Below the pieces are notes generated by a model. It was given only the letters and a program-made list of their open reading frames with translations, was not told the DNA's origin and did not search any database. This document shows positions 55,392-64,000 of a stretch of 64,000 nt of DNA, one piece after another. Each line of letters starts with the position of its first letter. The first letter of the stretch is position 1. The translations under genes and the position numbers were made by a program. The stretch is from Gemmatimonadaceae bacterium (GTDB lineage: Bacteria > Gemmatimonadota > Gemmatimonadetes > Gemmatimonadales > Gemmatimonadaceae). The stretch lies in NCBI GenBank assembly GCA_036002925.1, contig DASYSU010000256.1:5216-69215 (forward strand). Reading direction: 5' to 3'.

Positions 55392-57375
55392 GCGCATCGG
55401 CATCGCGCACGCCACGTTGGCGATCTTTGCGCTCGCCATTCTCATTCAATCCGCGCGCGTCCAGCTGGCGCAGGGCAAGGCATGGCGCGCCCGCGCCGAA
55501 CGGCAGCAAACGACGGAGCGCACTGTTCCGGCTCCGCGCGGCGACATCCTCGACGCCACGCGTCACGTGCTCGCGCAAAGTCGTGAGATGGTGCGTCTCG
55601 AGATCGCGCCGCGCGAAGTCACAGAGCCACGCAAGCTGCGCAAAGCACTTTCGCAGCTTCACGTCGACGGCGCGATCATCGGGCGGGCGCTCGACACATC
55701 GGTCAAATACCTTACGGTGCCGAATCGCTTCCTCGCGGTGGACGCCGCCCCGGCAATGGCACTACGCGGTGTCCATTCGTTCGCGTCGATCACACGGGCG
55801 TACGCCGTGACCGAAGGGACACAGGGAATCCTCGGCCACGTCGACGGCGACAACAAACCGGTGGACGGACTCGAGCTGTCGCTCGATTCGATTTTGCGCG
55901 GCACTCCAGGTGCGGCGACGATCTTCAAAGATCCCAAAGGACAGAGCCGCGAGTCGCCTATCGCGCCAGGCACGGCACCGATCCGCGGCAACAGCGTCGT
56001 GCTCACGATAAACGCCGACCTGCAACAGATCGCCGAAAAAGCGTTGGCCGACGCCGTCGCGCGCATGGGGGCGGAAGGCGGGGACATTGTCATTCTCGAT
56101 CCGCATGATGGCGACATCCTCGCCATGGCAAGTCGCCGTCTCGATCCGCGCCTGACCGCGGCGACCGCGTTGACGGAGCCGTTCGAGCCCGGATCGACGG
56201 CGAAGCCATTCATGGCGGCGGGGCTGCTCGAGCGCGGACTGGTGTCCGATCGCGATTCGGTCGACACCGGCGATGGCGTCTATGCGATCAACGGGCGCGA
56301 GATCCACGACGAGCATCACATCGGCCGGGCGCCGCTGGCTGACGTGCTGCGATGGTCGAGCAACATCGGCATTGTGAAGTTCTCGCAGCGACTGACGAAT
56401 CGCGACGAGTACGAGACCCTGCGCGACTTCGGCTTTGGTACGCCGACGGGAGTTCCGTTTCCGACGGAGTCCGGCGGAATTCTGCGAATCCCCAAATCGT
56501 GGTCGATGCAGTCGGCCAACTCGCTAGCGATGGGTTATGAGATCTCGGTCACTCCGCTGCAACTCGCGACGGCGTACGCCGCGTTCGCGAACGGCGGCGA
56601 GTTGGTCGAGCCGGCGTTGTTGAAGGAAGTCATCGGCCCCGACGGTTCGGTTCGATATCGGCATGAGCGACGCGTGGTGAGACGCGTCATGTCGCGCCCC
56701 GTGGCCGACAAGATTCGGCACATGCTGCTCGACGTCGTCGATGAGGGGACAGCGCTCCAGGCCGCGCTCGACAATTACTTGCTCGCCGGGAAGACCGGTA
56801 CTCCGCGCGGCGCGGTGCGCGGTCATTACGTGGCCGGCCGGTACAATCCGAATTTCGTCGGGCTATTCCCTGGCGATGCGCCGCAATACGTGATCGTGGT
56901 GAAGCTCACGGCTCCGCAAAGCTCGATCTTCGCGGCCGAAACGGCGGCACCGGTCACGAAGGCGATCCTCGAGGCCGCAGTGGCAGCAGGAAATGCGGCG
57001 CTGGATCGCTCAAAGCTTGCGTCGAGCGCGGTGCCGTCGCGCAAGGACACGGCGCGGCCGGCCAGCGTCAGGCAAGCGGGAGCGCCCGAGAAACGTACCC
57101 AGGTCGTCGCAAGCAATGACAGCGCCGACCAGGATGGCAGTCTGGCGTTCGTCGTCACGCTGCCCATGCAACCGCCGCCGCCGATGCCACGCACCGTTCA
57201 TCAGGTGCCGGACGTTCGCGGCCTGGCTCTGCGCGACGCGGTGCGTTCGTTGCACAGTGCTGGGTTCCGCGTCCAGCTCGGGCATGGTGGCGCGAGTAGC
57301 TCGCCGATGACGTCTCCAGGCGCGGGCGAGCTGGCTCAAACGGGAACGCTGGTTCGATTGCTCTTCGATTACTGA
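55378..57375 (+). CDS. ftsI: Class B penicillin-binding protein / peptidoglycan D,D-transpeptidase FtsI with C-terminal PASTA-like domain
   Basis: TM anchor. Dimerisation domain. Transpeptidase SxxK (GSTAKP), SxN (WSSNIG) and KTG (GKTGT). The C-terminal VPDVRGLALRDAVRSLHSAGFRVQL segment is PASTA-like. Confidence 0.9.
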   Translation: MIRSKRIGIAHATLAIFALAILIQSARVQLAQGKAWRARAERQQTTERTVPAPRGDILDATRHVLAQSREMVRLEIAPREVTEPRKLRKALSQLHVDGAIIGRALDTSVKYLTVPNRFLAVDAAPAMALRGVHSFASITRAYAVTEGTQGILGHVDGDNKPVDGLELSLDSILRGTPGAATIFKDPKGQSRESPIAPGTAPIRGNSVVLTINADLQQIAEKALADAVARMGAEGGDIVILDPHDGDILAMASRRLDPRLTAATALTEPFEPGSTAKPFMAAGLLERGLVSDRDSVDTGDGVYAINGREIHDEHHIGRAPLADVLRWSSNIGIVKFSQRLTNRDEYETLRDFGFGTPTGVPFPTESGGILRIPKSWSMQSANSLAMGYEISVTPLQLATAYAAFANGGELVEPALLKEVIGPDGSVRYRHERRVVRRVMSRPVADKIRHMLLDVVDEGTALQAALDNYLLAGKTGTPRGAVRGHYVAGRYNPNFVGLFPGDAPQYVIVVKLTAPQSSIFAAETAAPVTKAILEAAVAAGNAALDRSKLASSAVPSRKDTARPASVRQAGAPEKRTQVVASNDSADQDGSLAFVVTLPMQPPPPMPRTVHQVPDVRGLALRDAVRSLHSAGFRVQLGHGGASSSPMTSPGAGELAQTGTLVRLLFDY

Positions 57376-58857
57376 ATGCACGCGAAAATCGAAACGATCG
57401 CGAAAGCGCTCGACGAGGCGGGACTCCTCGTCGAGACTCGCGGTGCGCTTCCCGCGACGGTCGTCGGCGTCAGCGATGACAGCCGTGCCGTGCGCGACGG
57501 CTTTCTCTTCGTCGCTGTCCGTGGCTCCGAACGCGATGGACACGACTTTCTCGACGCGGCCGCCAAAGCCGGTGCGAGCGCGGCGATCGTCCAGGATCCA
57601 TCGCGAACTACGCTGCCGGCGTTGGTGGTGAACGACGGACGCCGCGCCGCCGCGGTCGTCGGTGCAGCGGCATTCGGGTTTCCGGCACGCGAGCTCCAGC
57701 TCGCAGGCGTCACCGGAACCAACGGGAAGACCACCACGGTCAACATGCTTCGTCACTTGCTCGACCCCGGCGACGGATCGAGCGCCTCACTTGGCACCCT
57801 GGGCGTGCTGGTCGGCAGCGATGGGGAGCCGCTCGAAGGCGGTGGGGGGCTCACGACACCGGGGCCGATCGAGTTGCAGCGCGTGTTCCGCGCGTTGATC
57901 GATCGCGCCGTCAAGCGCGTGGCGATGGAAGTATCGTCGCATTCGCTCGATCAGCGGCGCGTCGAAGGCGTGTTCTTCGACGTCGTGACGTTCACCAACT
58001 TCACGCGCGATCATCTCGACTATCACGGGTCGATGGACGCGTACTTCACGGCGAAGGCGAGATTGCTCGACCACTTGCTCCCGCACGGTGTGGTCGTGTA
58101 CAACGCCGACGACGAAGCATGGTCGCGGCTCAAGACCGATCGCCGTCGCGTGGCGTTCAGCGCACGTGTCAAAACCGCCGAGGTTCACGCCGAAGAGGTG
58201 CAATACCGTCCCCGCGGCAGCGAGTGGACTCTGGTCCTCGGCTCCGAACGCGTCGCCGTCCGACTTCCGTTGATCGGCGACTTCAACATCATCAACGCGC
58301 TGGGCGCCGCGGCGAGTGCGTTCGCGTTGGGTATCTCGTCGAGCCGCATCGCCGAGCGCTTGACGACGATGCCGCAGGTGCCGGGACGTCTCGAGGTGCT
58401 TCGCGATGATCCGACGGTGCTGCGCGATTACGCGCATACGCCCGACGCGCTCGAGCGCGCGCTCGACGCGGTGCGTCCATTCACGCCCGAGCGGCTGATC
58501 GTCGTGTTCGGATGTGGTGGCGACCGTGATCGCGGCAAGCGGCCGCAGATGGGCGCGATCGCCGAGGCGAAAGCGGATCTCGCGATCGTGACGAGCGACA
58601 ATCCGCGCACCGAAGATCCAGAAGCCATTATCGATGACATCGAGAAGGGAATGACTTCGAACACACACGAGCGAATCGAGGATCGACGCGCGGCCATCGA
58701 GCGAGCGCTCGAGCTGGCGACGCCGCGCGATGTGATCGTGCTCGCGGGAAAGGGCCACGAGACGTACCAGGTCCGGGGCACCACGAAGTTCCCGTTCGAC
58801 GAAAAGCAGATCGTCGCCGAGCTCTCGAGATCGAGTCGCACTCGGGCGTCGCGATGA
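57376..58857 (+). CDS. murE: UDP-N-acetylmuramoyl-L-alanyl-D-glutamate--2,6-diaminopimelate ligase
   Basis: GVTGTNGKTT P-loop. HTPDALE. GCGGDRDRGKRP, and a DNPR motif consistent with meso-DAP specificity. Confidence 0.93.
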   Translation: MHAKIETIAKALDEAGLLVETRGALPATVVGVSDDSRAVRDGFLFVAVRGSERDGHDFLDAAAKAGASAAIVQDPSRTTLPALVVNDGRRAAAVVGAAAFGFPARELQLAGVTGTNGKTTTVNMLRHLLDPGDGSSASLGTLGVLVGSDGEPLEGGGGLTTPGPIELQRVFRALIDRAVKRVAMEVSSHSLDQRRVEGVFFDVVTFTNFTRDHLDYHGSMDAYFTAKARLLDHLLPHGVVVYNADDEAWSRLKTDRRRVAFSARVKTAEVHAEEVQYRPRGSEWTLVLGSERVAVRLPLIGDFNIINALGAAASAFALGISSSRIAERLTTMPQVPGRLEVLRDDPTVLRDYAHTPDALERALDAVRPFTPERLIVVFGCGGDRDRGKRPQMGAIAEAKADLAIVTSDNPRTEDPEAIIDDIEKGMTSNTHERIEDRRAAIERALELATPRDVIVLAGKGHETYQVRGTTKFPFDEKQIVAELSRSSRTRASR

Positions 58858-60260
58858 GCATTGCACCGTCGGCCGCCGCCCCCGTCGCGAAGACAAGCTT
58901 TTGGACGCTCGACCGAGTCGCGGACGCGCTCGAGGAGTTGTCCGACATCAACCTCCCGCGCGGCACGAGCACGTTCGGACGCGTCTGGACCGATACGCGC
59001 ACCATCGAGTCCGGGGACCTGTTCGTCGCGCTCGTGGGCGAACGATTCGACGCGCACGACTTTCTGTCTGATGCGGTGCGCCGAGGTGCGGTGGGCGTTG
59101 TCGTGTCGCGCGCCAACGTGGGACGCGGACTCGCTGTTCCGGTATTTGAAGTCGCCGATACGCTCGTTGCGCTCGGCGCTCTTGGTCGGTATCGGCGCCG
59201 CGCGTGGGGAAAAACCGTCGTCGGCGTGGTCGGCACGAACGGAAAGACCAGCACGAAAGAGCTCATTCGCGCAGCGCTCGGGGGCGTTTACGAGGTGCAC
59301 GCCACGCGAGGGAACTTGAACAACTTGATCGGCGTTCCATTGACCCTGCTTTCCATTCCAGACGGGGCCGACGTCGCTGTGGTCGAGATGGGAACGAATC
59401 AACCAGGCGAGGTGCCGCGCCTGCGGACGATCGTGGAGCCCGACATCACCGTCGTGACCTCGGTTGCCGAAGAGCACCTGGAAGGGCTTGGCGATTTGGC
59501 CGGCGTGCTGCGCGAGGAAATGGCCGCGGCCGATGGGGTCGAAGTCGCGGTGGTGCCATCGTCGCAGCCTGAAGTCGTAGACGCCGCCCGCACTCGCGCC
59601 CGACGCGTTGTCACCGCGGGTCTCGACTCGGGTGAGGTTCGGGCGACGAGCTGGTCAGTCGACTCCGACGGTTGCGGCAAACTGTCCGCGGACTCGGTAG
59701 ACATTCGGCTTCCGCTTCGCGGCGCACACAATATCCGAAATGCGATGCTCGCGCTCGCCGTCGCTCGAGAGCTCGGCGTGTCGGTCGACGATGCCGGTCG
59801 CGGCCTCGCAGCGATGTCGGCCCCGCCCATGCGAGTGAACTGGGAGCAGTACCCAGCGGCGACACTGATCAATGATGCCTACAACTCGAATCCGGGCTCG
59901 GCCAAGGCAGCGATCGAGCTGCTGGCTCATACTGGGAAGGGACGCCAGCGCGTGGCAATCCTCGCGACAATGCTCGAGCTTGGACCCCAAGGGCCGCGCC
60001 TGCACGACGACGTGGCGCGGGCGGCGCTCGACGCCGGCATCGAGCTGGTGGTGGCGATCGGTGAGTTCGCGACGGCGTTCGGGCGTATCGCGCCGGGCGA
60101 TTCGCGCGTCATAACGGCTGACGATGCCGAGCACGTGTGGCCCGCGATCTCGTCGCGTCTCGATCCGAACGCCGTTATCCTCCTCAAGGGGTCGCGCGGT
60201 ATGCGCTTGGAGCGACTCGTTGAGCCCATCAGTAAATGGGCAACACAGCACCAGTCATGA
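58854..60260 (+). CDS. murF: UDP-N-acetylmuramoyl-tripeptide--D-alanyl-D-alanine ligase
   Basis: GVVGTNGKTSTKE P-loop. EMGTNQPGE. NDAYNSNP. LKGSRGMRLE at the C-terminus. ATGA overlap with murE. Confidence 0.9.
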   Translation: MSIAPSAAAPVAKTSFWTLDRVADALEELSDINLPRGTSTFGRVWTDTRTIESGDLFVALVGERFDAHDFLSDAVRRGAVGVVVSRANVGRGLAVPVFEVADTLVALGALGRYRRRAWGKTVVGVVGTNGKTSTKELIRAALGGVYEVHATRGNLNNLIGVPLTLLSIPDGADVAVVEMGTNQPGEVPRLRTIVEPDITVVTSVAEEHLEGLGDLAGVLREEMAAADGVEVAVVPSSQPEVVDAARTRARRVVTAGLDSGEVRATSWSVDSDGCGKLSADSVDIRLPLRGAHNIRNAMLALAVARELGVSVDDAGRGLAAMSAPPMRVNWEQYPAATLINDAYNSNPGSAKAAIELLAHTGKGRQRVAILATMLELGPQGPRLHDDVARAALDAGIELVVAIGEFATAFGRIAPGDSRVITADDAEHVWPAISSRLDPNAVILLKGSRGMRLERLVEPISKWATQHQS

Positions 60261-60319
60261 TGATTGGCTGAGGGGGGTGAGCTTCACCCTCGGTCCTCCA
60301 CCCTCGTCCGCGTCTCGTC

Positions 60320-61468
60320 GTGCTTTACCACTTCCTGCTTCCGCTCGCCAGTCACTACAAGCTGTTCAGGGTTCTCACATACATCTCGTTTCGAGCGGTC
60401 GGCGCGGCGGTCACCGCGCTCCTGCTGTCGTTCATCGTCGGGCCGATCATCCTCCGCGCGCTGAATCGACAATCGCTTCACCAGGTCGTCCGCGAGGGAA
60501 CCCCGGACTCCCACGCGAGCAAAGGCACAACGCCGACGATGGGTGGGTTGATCATCCTCAATAGCGCGCTGATCTCGATTGTGCTGTGGGGACGTTTCAG
60601 CGTGAGCCATCCATATTTGCTCATTGCAATCGTGATGACAGTCTGGATGGGCGTGATCGGTTTCCTCGACGACTACCTCAAGCTTCAGCAGAAGAAGCGC
60701 GGCGAAGTGAATCGCGGGTTGGTCGAGAAATACAAGCTCGCGGGTCAGGTGACAGCTGGGTTGGCGCTCGGGTTGTACCTCGTCTATCACCCGTTGTCGC
60801 CGAATCTGCCTGGTGCGTCGACGACCTTGCCGTTCTTCAAGTACTACCTCGTGACGCCGCTCGCCGGCTTCGCCTGGCTGTACGTCCTGTTCACGACGTT
60901 CATCATGACCGGCACGAGCAACGCGGTGAACATTACCGACGGTCTCGATGGACTGGCGGCCGGCTTGTCGGCGATCGCGTTCGGAACGTTCGCGATCTTC
61001 TCGTACATCATCGGCCGCGTCGACTACAGCAAGTTCTTGCTGATGTTCTATCTCCAGGATTCAGGAGAGCTCACGGTCTTCTGCCTGGCGATGGTCGGCG
61101 CGCTGATCGGATTCTTGTGGTACAACACACACCCGGCATCTGTATTCATGGGCGACACAGGATCGCTTGCTCTCGGTGGCGCGCTCGGGGCGGTCGCGAT
61201 CTTGCTCAAGGCAGAATTCGTCCTCGCGTTCGTTGGTGCGGTCTTTGTCGCCGAAATGCTCTCCGTGATCTTGCAGCGCTACGTCTTCAAGTACCGTCGA
61301 CGGCGACACAGCTTGGAATATGCGCGAGCGAACCGCGTCTTCAGACGTGCGCCGCTGCACCATCACTTCGAGGAAATTGGGTGGAGCGAAGTGCAGGTCG
61401 TCGTTCGCTTCTGGATCATCGGCATCCTGTGCGCGTTTTTCGCCCTGAGCACGCTCAAGCTCCGTTGA
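60320..61468 (+). CDS. mraY: Phospho-N-acetylmuramoyl-pentapeptide transferase
   Basis: KGTTPTMGG, GFLDDYLK, NAVNITDGLDGLA, MGDTGSLALGG and APLHHHFE motifs. GTG start. Confidence 0.95.
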   Translation: MLYHFLLPLASHYKLFRVLTYISFRAVGAAVTALLLSFIVGPIILRALNRQSLHQVVREGTPDSHASKGTTPTMGGLIILNSALISIVLWGRFSVSHPYLLIAIVMTVWMGVIGFLDDYLKLQQKKRGEVNRGLVEKYKLAGQVTAGLALGLYLVYHPLSPNLPGASTTLPFFKYYLVTPLAGFAWLYVLFTTFIMTGTSNAVNITDGLDGLAAGLSAIAFGTFAIFSYIIGRVDYSKFLLMFYLQDSGELTVFCLAMVGALIGFLWYNTHPASVFMGDTGSLALGGALGAVAILLKAEFVLAFVGAVFVAEMLSVILQRYVFKYRRRRHSLEYARANRVFRRAPLHHHFEEIGWSEVQVVVRFWIIGILCAFFALSTLKLR

Positions 61469-61471
61469 CCG

Positions 61472-62875
61472 ATGCCGCGCGTATCGAACCCCGCCATGAA
61501 TCCTGAGTGGTTGGGCGGCGAGATCGCCGTCGTCGGATTGGCTCGTAGCGGACGATCGGTTGCTCGACTGCTGGCCCGCGCCGGATCGAGCGTCTATGCG
61601 ACCGACTCGGGAAGATCGGCGGACCTCGAAGCGACGGCCAAATCACTGCGCGAGGACGACGTCGACGTGCAGCTCGGGGGCCACGATCTCGAGCGCATTG
61701 CCAAGGCATCGCTCGTGGTGGTGAGTCCGGGCGTTCCCCCCGACGCGCCTCCACTCGTCGCCGCCCGCGACGCGAAGGTCGACGTCGTCAGCGAGGTCGA
61801 GGTAGGTCTACGCTTCCTGCCGCTGCTCAACTACATCGCCATCACCGGCACCAACGGCAAAACGACGACGACGGCGCTGACGGGACACCTCCTCAAGGCG
61901 CTTGGCCGTCGCGCTGGGACGGCGGGGAATATCGGCACGCCGATCTCCGAGCTCGCCCTCATGGCCGCGCCACCGGACTGGGTGGCGCTCGAGGTGTCCT
62001 CATTCCAACTGCACGATTCGCCAAGCATCAATCCGCGCGTCGGCGTGCTGACGAACCTGTCGGCGAATCACCTCGACCGCTACGATAGCGTCAAGGCGTA
62101 TTACCACGACAAAGCGCTGCTTTTTCAGAACGCGAGCCCGGTCTCGCAGTGGGTGACCAACGCCGATGAGCCGGACGTCCAAGCGATGGTCGAAGGCGTT
62201 GCGGGAATTCAGTGCCGGTTTTCTGTGCGTGCCAGGAGCGACGCCTATCTTGACCGCTCCTCTGGAGAGCTCATTGTTCTCGGCTATCCCATCGTTCGGC
62301 GCGACGAGTTGCCGTTGATTGGCGATCACAACGTGGCGAACGCACTCGCGGCGTCATTGGCGGTCATGTTAGCGGACCGCGACCATCGGAGCCCGCGCGG
62401 CCTGCGGACGATTGGCGAGGCGCTCAAGCGGTTCAACGCGCTGGAGCACCGGATCGAAACGGTCGGCGAGTTCGGAGGCGTCTCCTGGATCAACGACTCG
62501 AAGTCGACGAACGTGGCGTCGACCATCGTCGCGATGCGTGGCATGACCAAGCCGACCGTTCTTCTACTCGGCGGTAAGCACAAGGGCGAGCCCTACACCG
62601 ACCTCGCCCCGGAGCTCGAGCGAACTGGACGAGCCGTGATCGCTTATGGCGAAGCGGCCGAGCTCATCGAGCGCGACCTCGACGGCGTGGTGCCGTTGAC
62701 GCGGCTCGGATCGTCGTTCGACGAAGTCATCGAAATGGCGCGGCAGTTGGCGCAGCCCGGTGACGTCGTCCTCCTTTCGCCCGCGTGCTCGAGCTACGAC
62801 ATGTTCGACAACTATGAGCAACGGGGCCGGGTGTTCAAACAGTTGGCCGCGCGCGTTCCCGCCGAACACAAATGA
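61472..62875 (+). CDS. murD: UDP-N-acetylmuramoylalanine--D-glutamate ligase
   Basis: VVGLARSG Rossmann N-terminus. ITGTNGKTTTT P-loop. NDSKSTN. The Met at 61496 is an alternative start. Confidence 0.92.
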   Translation: MPRVSNPAMNPEWLGGEIAVVGLARSGRSVARLLARAGSSVYATDSGRSADLEATAKSLREDDVDVQLGGHDLERIAKASLVVVSPGVPPDAPPLVAARDAKVDVVSEVEVGLRFLPLLNYIAITGTNGKTTTTALTGHLLKALGRRAGTAGNIGTPISELALMAAPPDWVALEVSSFQLHDSPSINPRVGVLTNLSANHLDRYDSVKAYYHDKALLFQNASPVSQWVTNADEPDVQAMVEGVAGIQCRFSVRARSDAYLDRSSGELIVLGYPIVRRDELPLIGDHNVANALAASLAVMLADRDHRSPRGLRTIGEALKRFNALEHRIETVGEFGGVSWINDSKSTNVASTIVAMRGMTKPTVLLLGGKHKGEPYTDLAPELERTGRAVIAYGEAAELIERDLDGVVPLTRLGSSFDEVIEMARQLAQPGDVVLLSPACSSYDMFDNYEQRGRVFKQLAARVPAEHK

Positions 62876-64000
62876 TCGATAGTCCCCCGATTCCAATCAG
62901 AAGTCGTCCAGCAGCGGCGATCGCCGATGTTCGCGAGCGGTGGCGCATGGGCCCCGAGGCGCGCGGACTCGTGTTGTTGAGTGCTGTGCTCTCAGCCTTC
63001 GGCCTCGCCGTGCTGTACAGTGCGAGCGCGTTCGTCGCGATCAACGAACACGGATCGAGCTCGTACTTTCTCGTTCGGCAGCTTGGTGGCGTCGCGGCCG
63101 GGATCGTCGTGTTCGCGATTGCTGCAAAGTTCGATGCCCAAAAGCTGAACGACTGGGCATGGCCGGTCATGTGGCTTACGATCGCCGCGATGACCGCGGT
63201 GCTCATCTTGCCCGGTCGCATCGCGCCGACGATTCATGGCTCGCGCCGATTTCTTTTCGCCTCGTCGTTTCAGCCGTCGGAGTTCGGCAAGCTCGCGGTC
63301 GTCGTCTGGGTGTCGATGCTGATCGTGAAGAAGGGTCAGACGCTCAGGCGCTTGACGAAAGGGCTCGTGCCGTTTCTTGTCGTGATCGGCGTGCTCGATG
63401 TGCTCGCGGCGCTCGAGCCCGATCTGTCGATCGCAATGCTGTACACCCTGCTCATGGCGCTGCTGTTGTTCGTCGGCGGCGCCCGCATGGGACACTTCAT
63501 TGCCCTCGGCGCGATGTTCCTGCCGATCACTCTGACCAAGATCGAGAAATGGCGGTACGCGGTGGCGCGTCTGAGCGCCTTCTTTCATCCTGGCAGCGCG
63601 CCCGAGGCGGTCAACTTTCAGCTTCAACAATCGCTCATCGCGGTCGGATCGGGTGGCTGGTTCGGTCGCGGCTTCGGCGAAGGGATGCAGCAAGCGTTCT
63701 TCGTTCCATTCCCATATAGCGACTTCGTCGGAAGCAATGTGGGCGAGGAATGGGGCTTCGTGGGCCTCGGGGCGATCACGATCGCATTTGCGCTTTACGG
63801 CTTGCTCGGCTTCCGCATCGCCCGCCAGGCGCGCACGCCGTTTTTGCAGCTCGTTGCCGTGGGACTCACCTTCACGACTGTGCTGACCGCGTTCCTACAC
63901 ATCGGCGTCGTCATCGGCCTGCTGCCGACGACGGGGCTGACGTTGCCGTTCGTCTCCTATGGTCGGTCCAACCTGGTGCTGACGATGCTCTTCACGGGGA
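62872..64000 (+). CDS. ftsW: SEDS-family peptidoglycan glycosyltransferase FtsW (3' end beyond the window)
   Basis: It is missing from the ORF track because no stop codon is reached. My own translation from the ATG at 62872 (ATGA overlap with murD) gives MIDSPP...LYSASAF...FQPSEFGKLAVVVW...QSLIAVGSGGWFGRGFGEG...LPFVSYGRSN. These are classic FtsW/RodA motifs. Confidence 0.9.
   Translation, partial: MIDSPPIPIRSRPAAAIADVRERWRMGPEARGLVLLSAVLSAFGLAVLYSASAFVAINEHGSSSYFLVRQLGGVAAGIVVFAIAAKFDAQKLNDWAWPVMWLTIAAMTAVLILPGRIAPTIHGSRRFLFASSFQPSEFGKLAVVVWVSMLIVKKGQTLRRLTKGLVPFLVVIGVLDVLAALEPDLSIAMLYTLLMALLLFVGGARMGHFIALGAMFLPITLTKIEKWRYAVARLSAFFHPGSAPEAVNFQLQQSLIAVGSGGWFGRGFGEGMQQAFFVPFPYSDFVGSNVGEEWGFVGLGAITIAFALYGLLGFRIARQARTPFLQLVAVGLTFTTVLTAFLHIGVVIGLLPTTGLTLPFVSYGRSNLVLTMLFTG

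Noticed and set aside
62940-63719. A 259-aa plus-strand ORF from the track in the ftsW region.
   Set aside because: It is the wrong frame. The frame starting at 62872 gives canonical FtsW/SEDS motifs. That frame is missing from the track only because it has no stop codon before the window ends.

Overview
This is a high-GC bacterial chromosomal segment, roughly two-thirds G+C by eye, and it is densely coding. I saw no transposase, integrase, CRISPR array or rRNA. All calls rest on motif recognition in the supplied translations, because no searches could be run. The gene style (ECF/HEAT operons, many TPR proteins, peptidase/PD40 fusions) suggests a Gemmatimonadota-like diderm, but that is inference only.

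Layout:
- 1-15.3 kb, mostly minus strand: a CPBP protease; an ECF sigma / anti-sigma operon with three secreted HEAT-repeat paralogs; an NMO-family oxidoreductase; an AT-rich gap with a possible gene remnant; glpQ; a TonB-dependent receptor; malate synthase A; and a 975-aa peptidase-MA / beta-propeller / barrel-like protein.
- 15.4-30.9 kb, plus strand, housekeeping: tilS-hpt-ftsH, folP-cdaA-DUF2723, yggS-divIVA-PNP, and ileS-dksA-lspA-lspA-rluD.
- 30.9-49.0 kb, plus strand: a run of about 19 tightly or translationally coupled genes. It carries a complete chemosensory core (3 cheW, cheY, cheA, cheC, cheR, cheD, cheB) but no receptor gene. The run is split in the middle by a polarity-type module. 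That module contains two PATAN(DUF4388)-TPR paralogs, three Roadblock/LC7 proteins, an MglA GTPase, and a protein made of two tandem DnaA-type AAA+ modules with no DNA-binding domain.
- 49.0-53.3 kb: a small membrane ORF, tRNA-Val(UAC), and two tandem secreted TPR-like paralogs with conserved leaders and clean terminators.
- 53.3-64.0 kb: a lipid kinase placed head-to-head with the dcw cluster (rsmH, ftsL, ftsI, murE, murF, mraY, murD, ftsW partial). No mraZ is present.

The best candidate for an undescribed system is the Che-PATAN-Roadblock-MglA-double-DnaA-like supra-operon, and within it the DnaA-like protein coupled to mglA.
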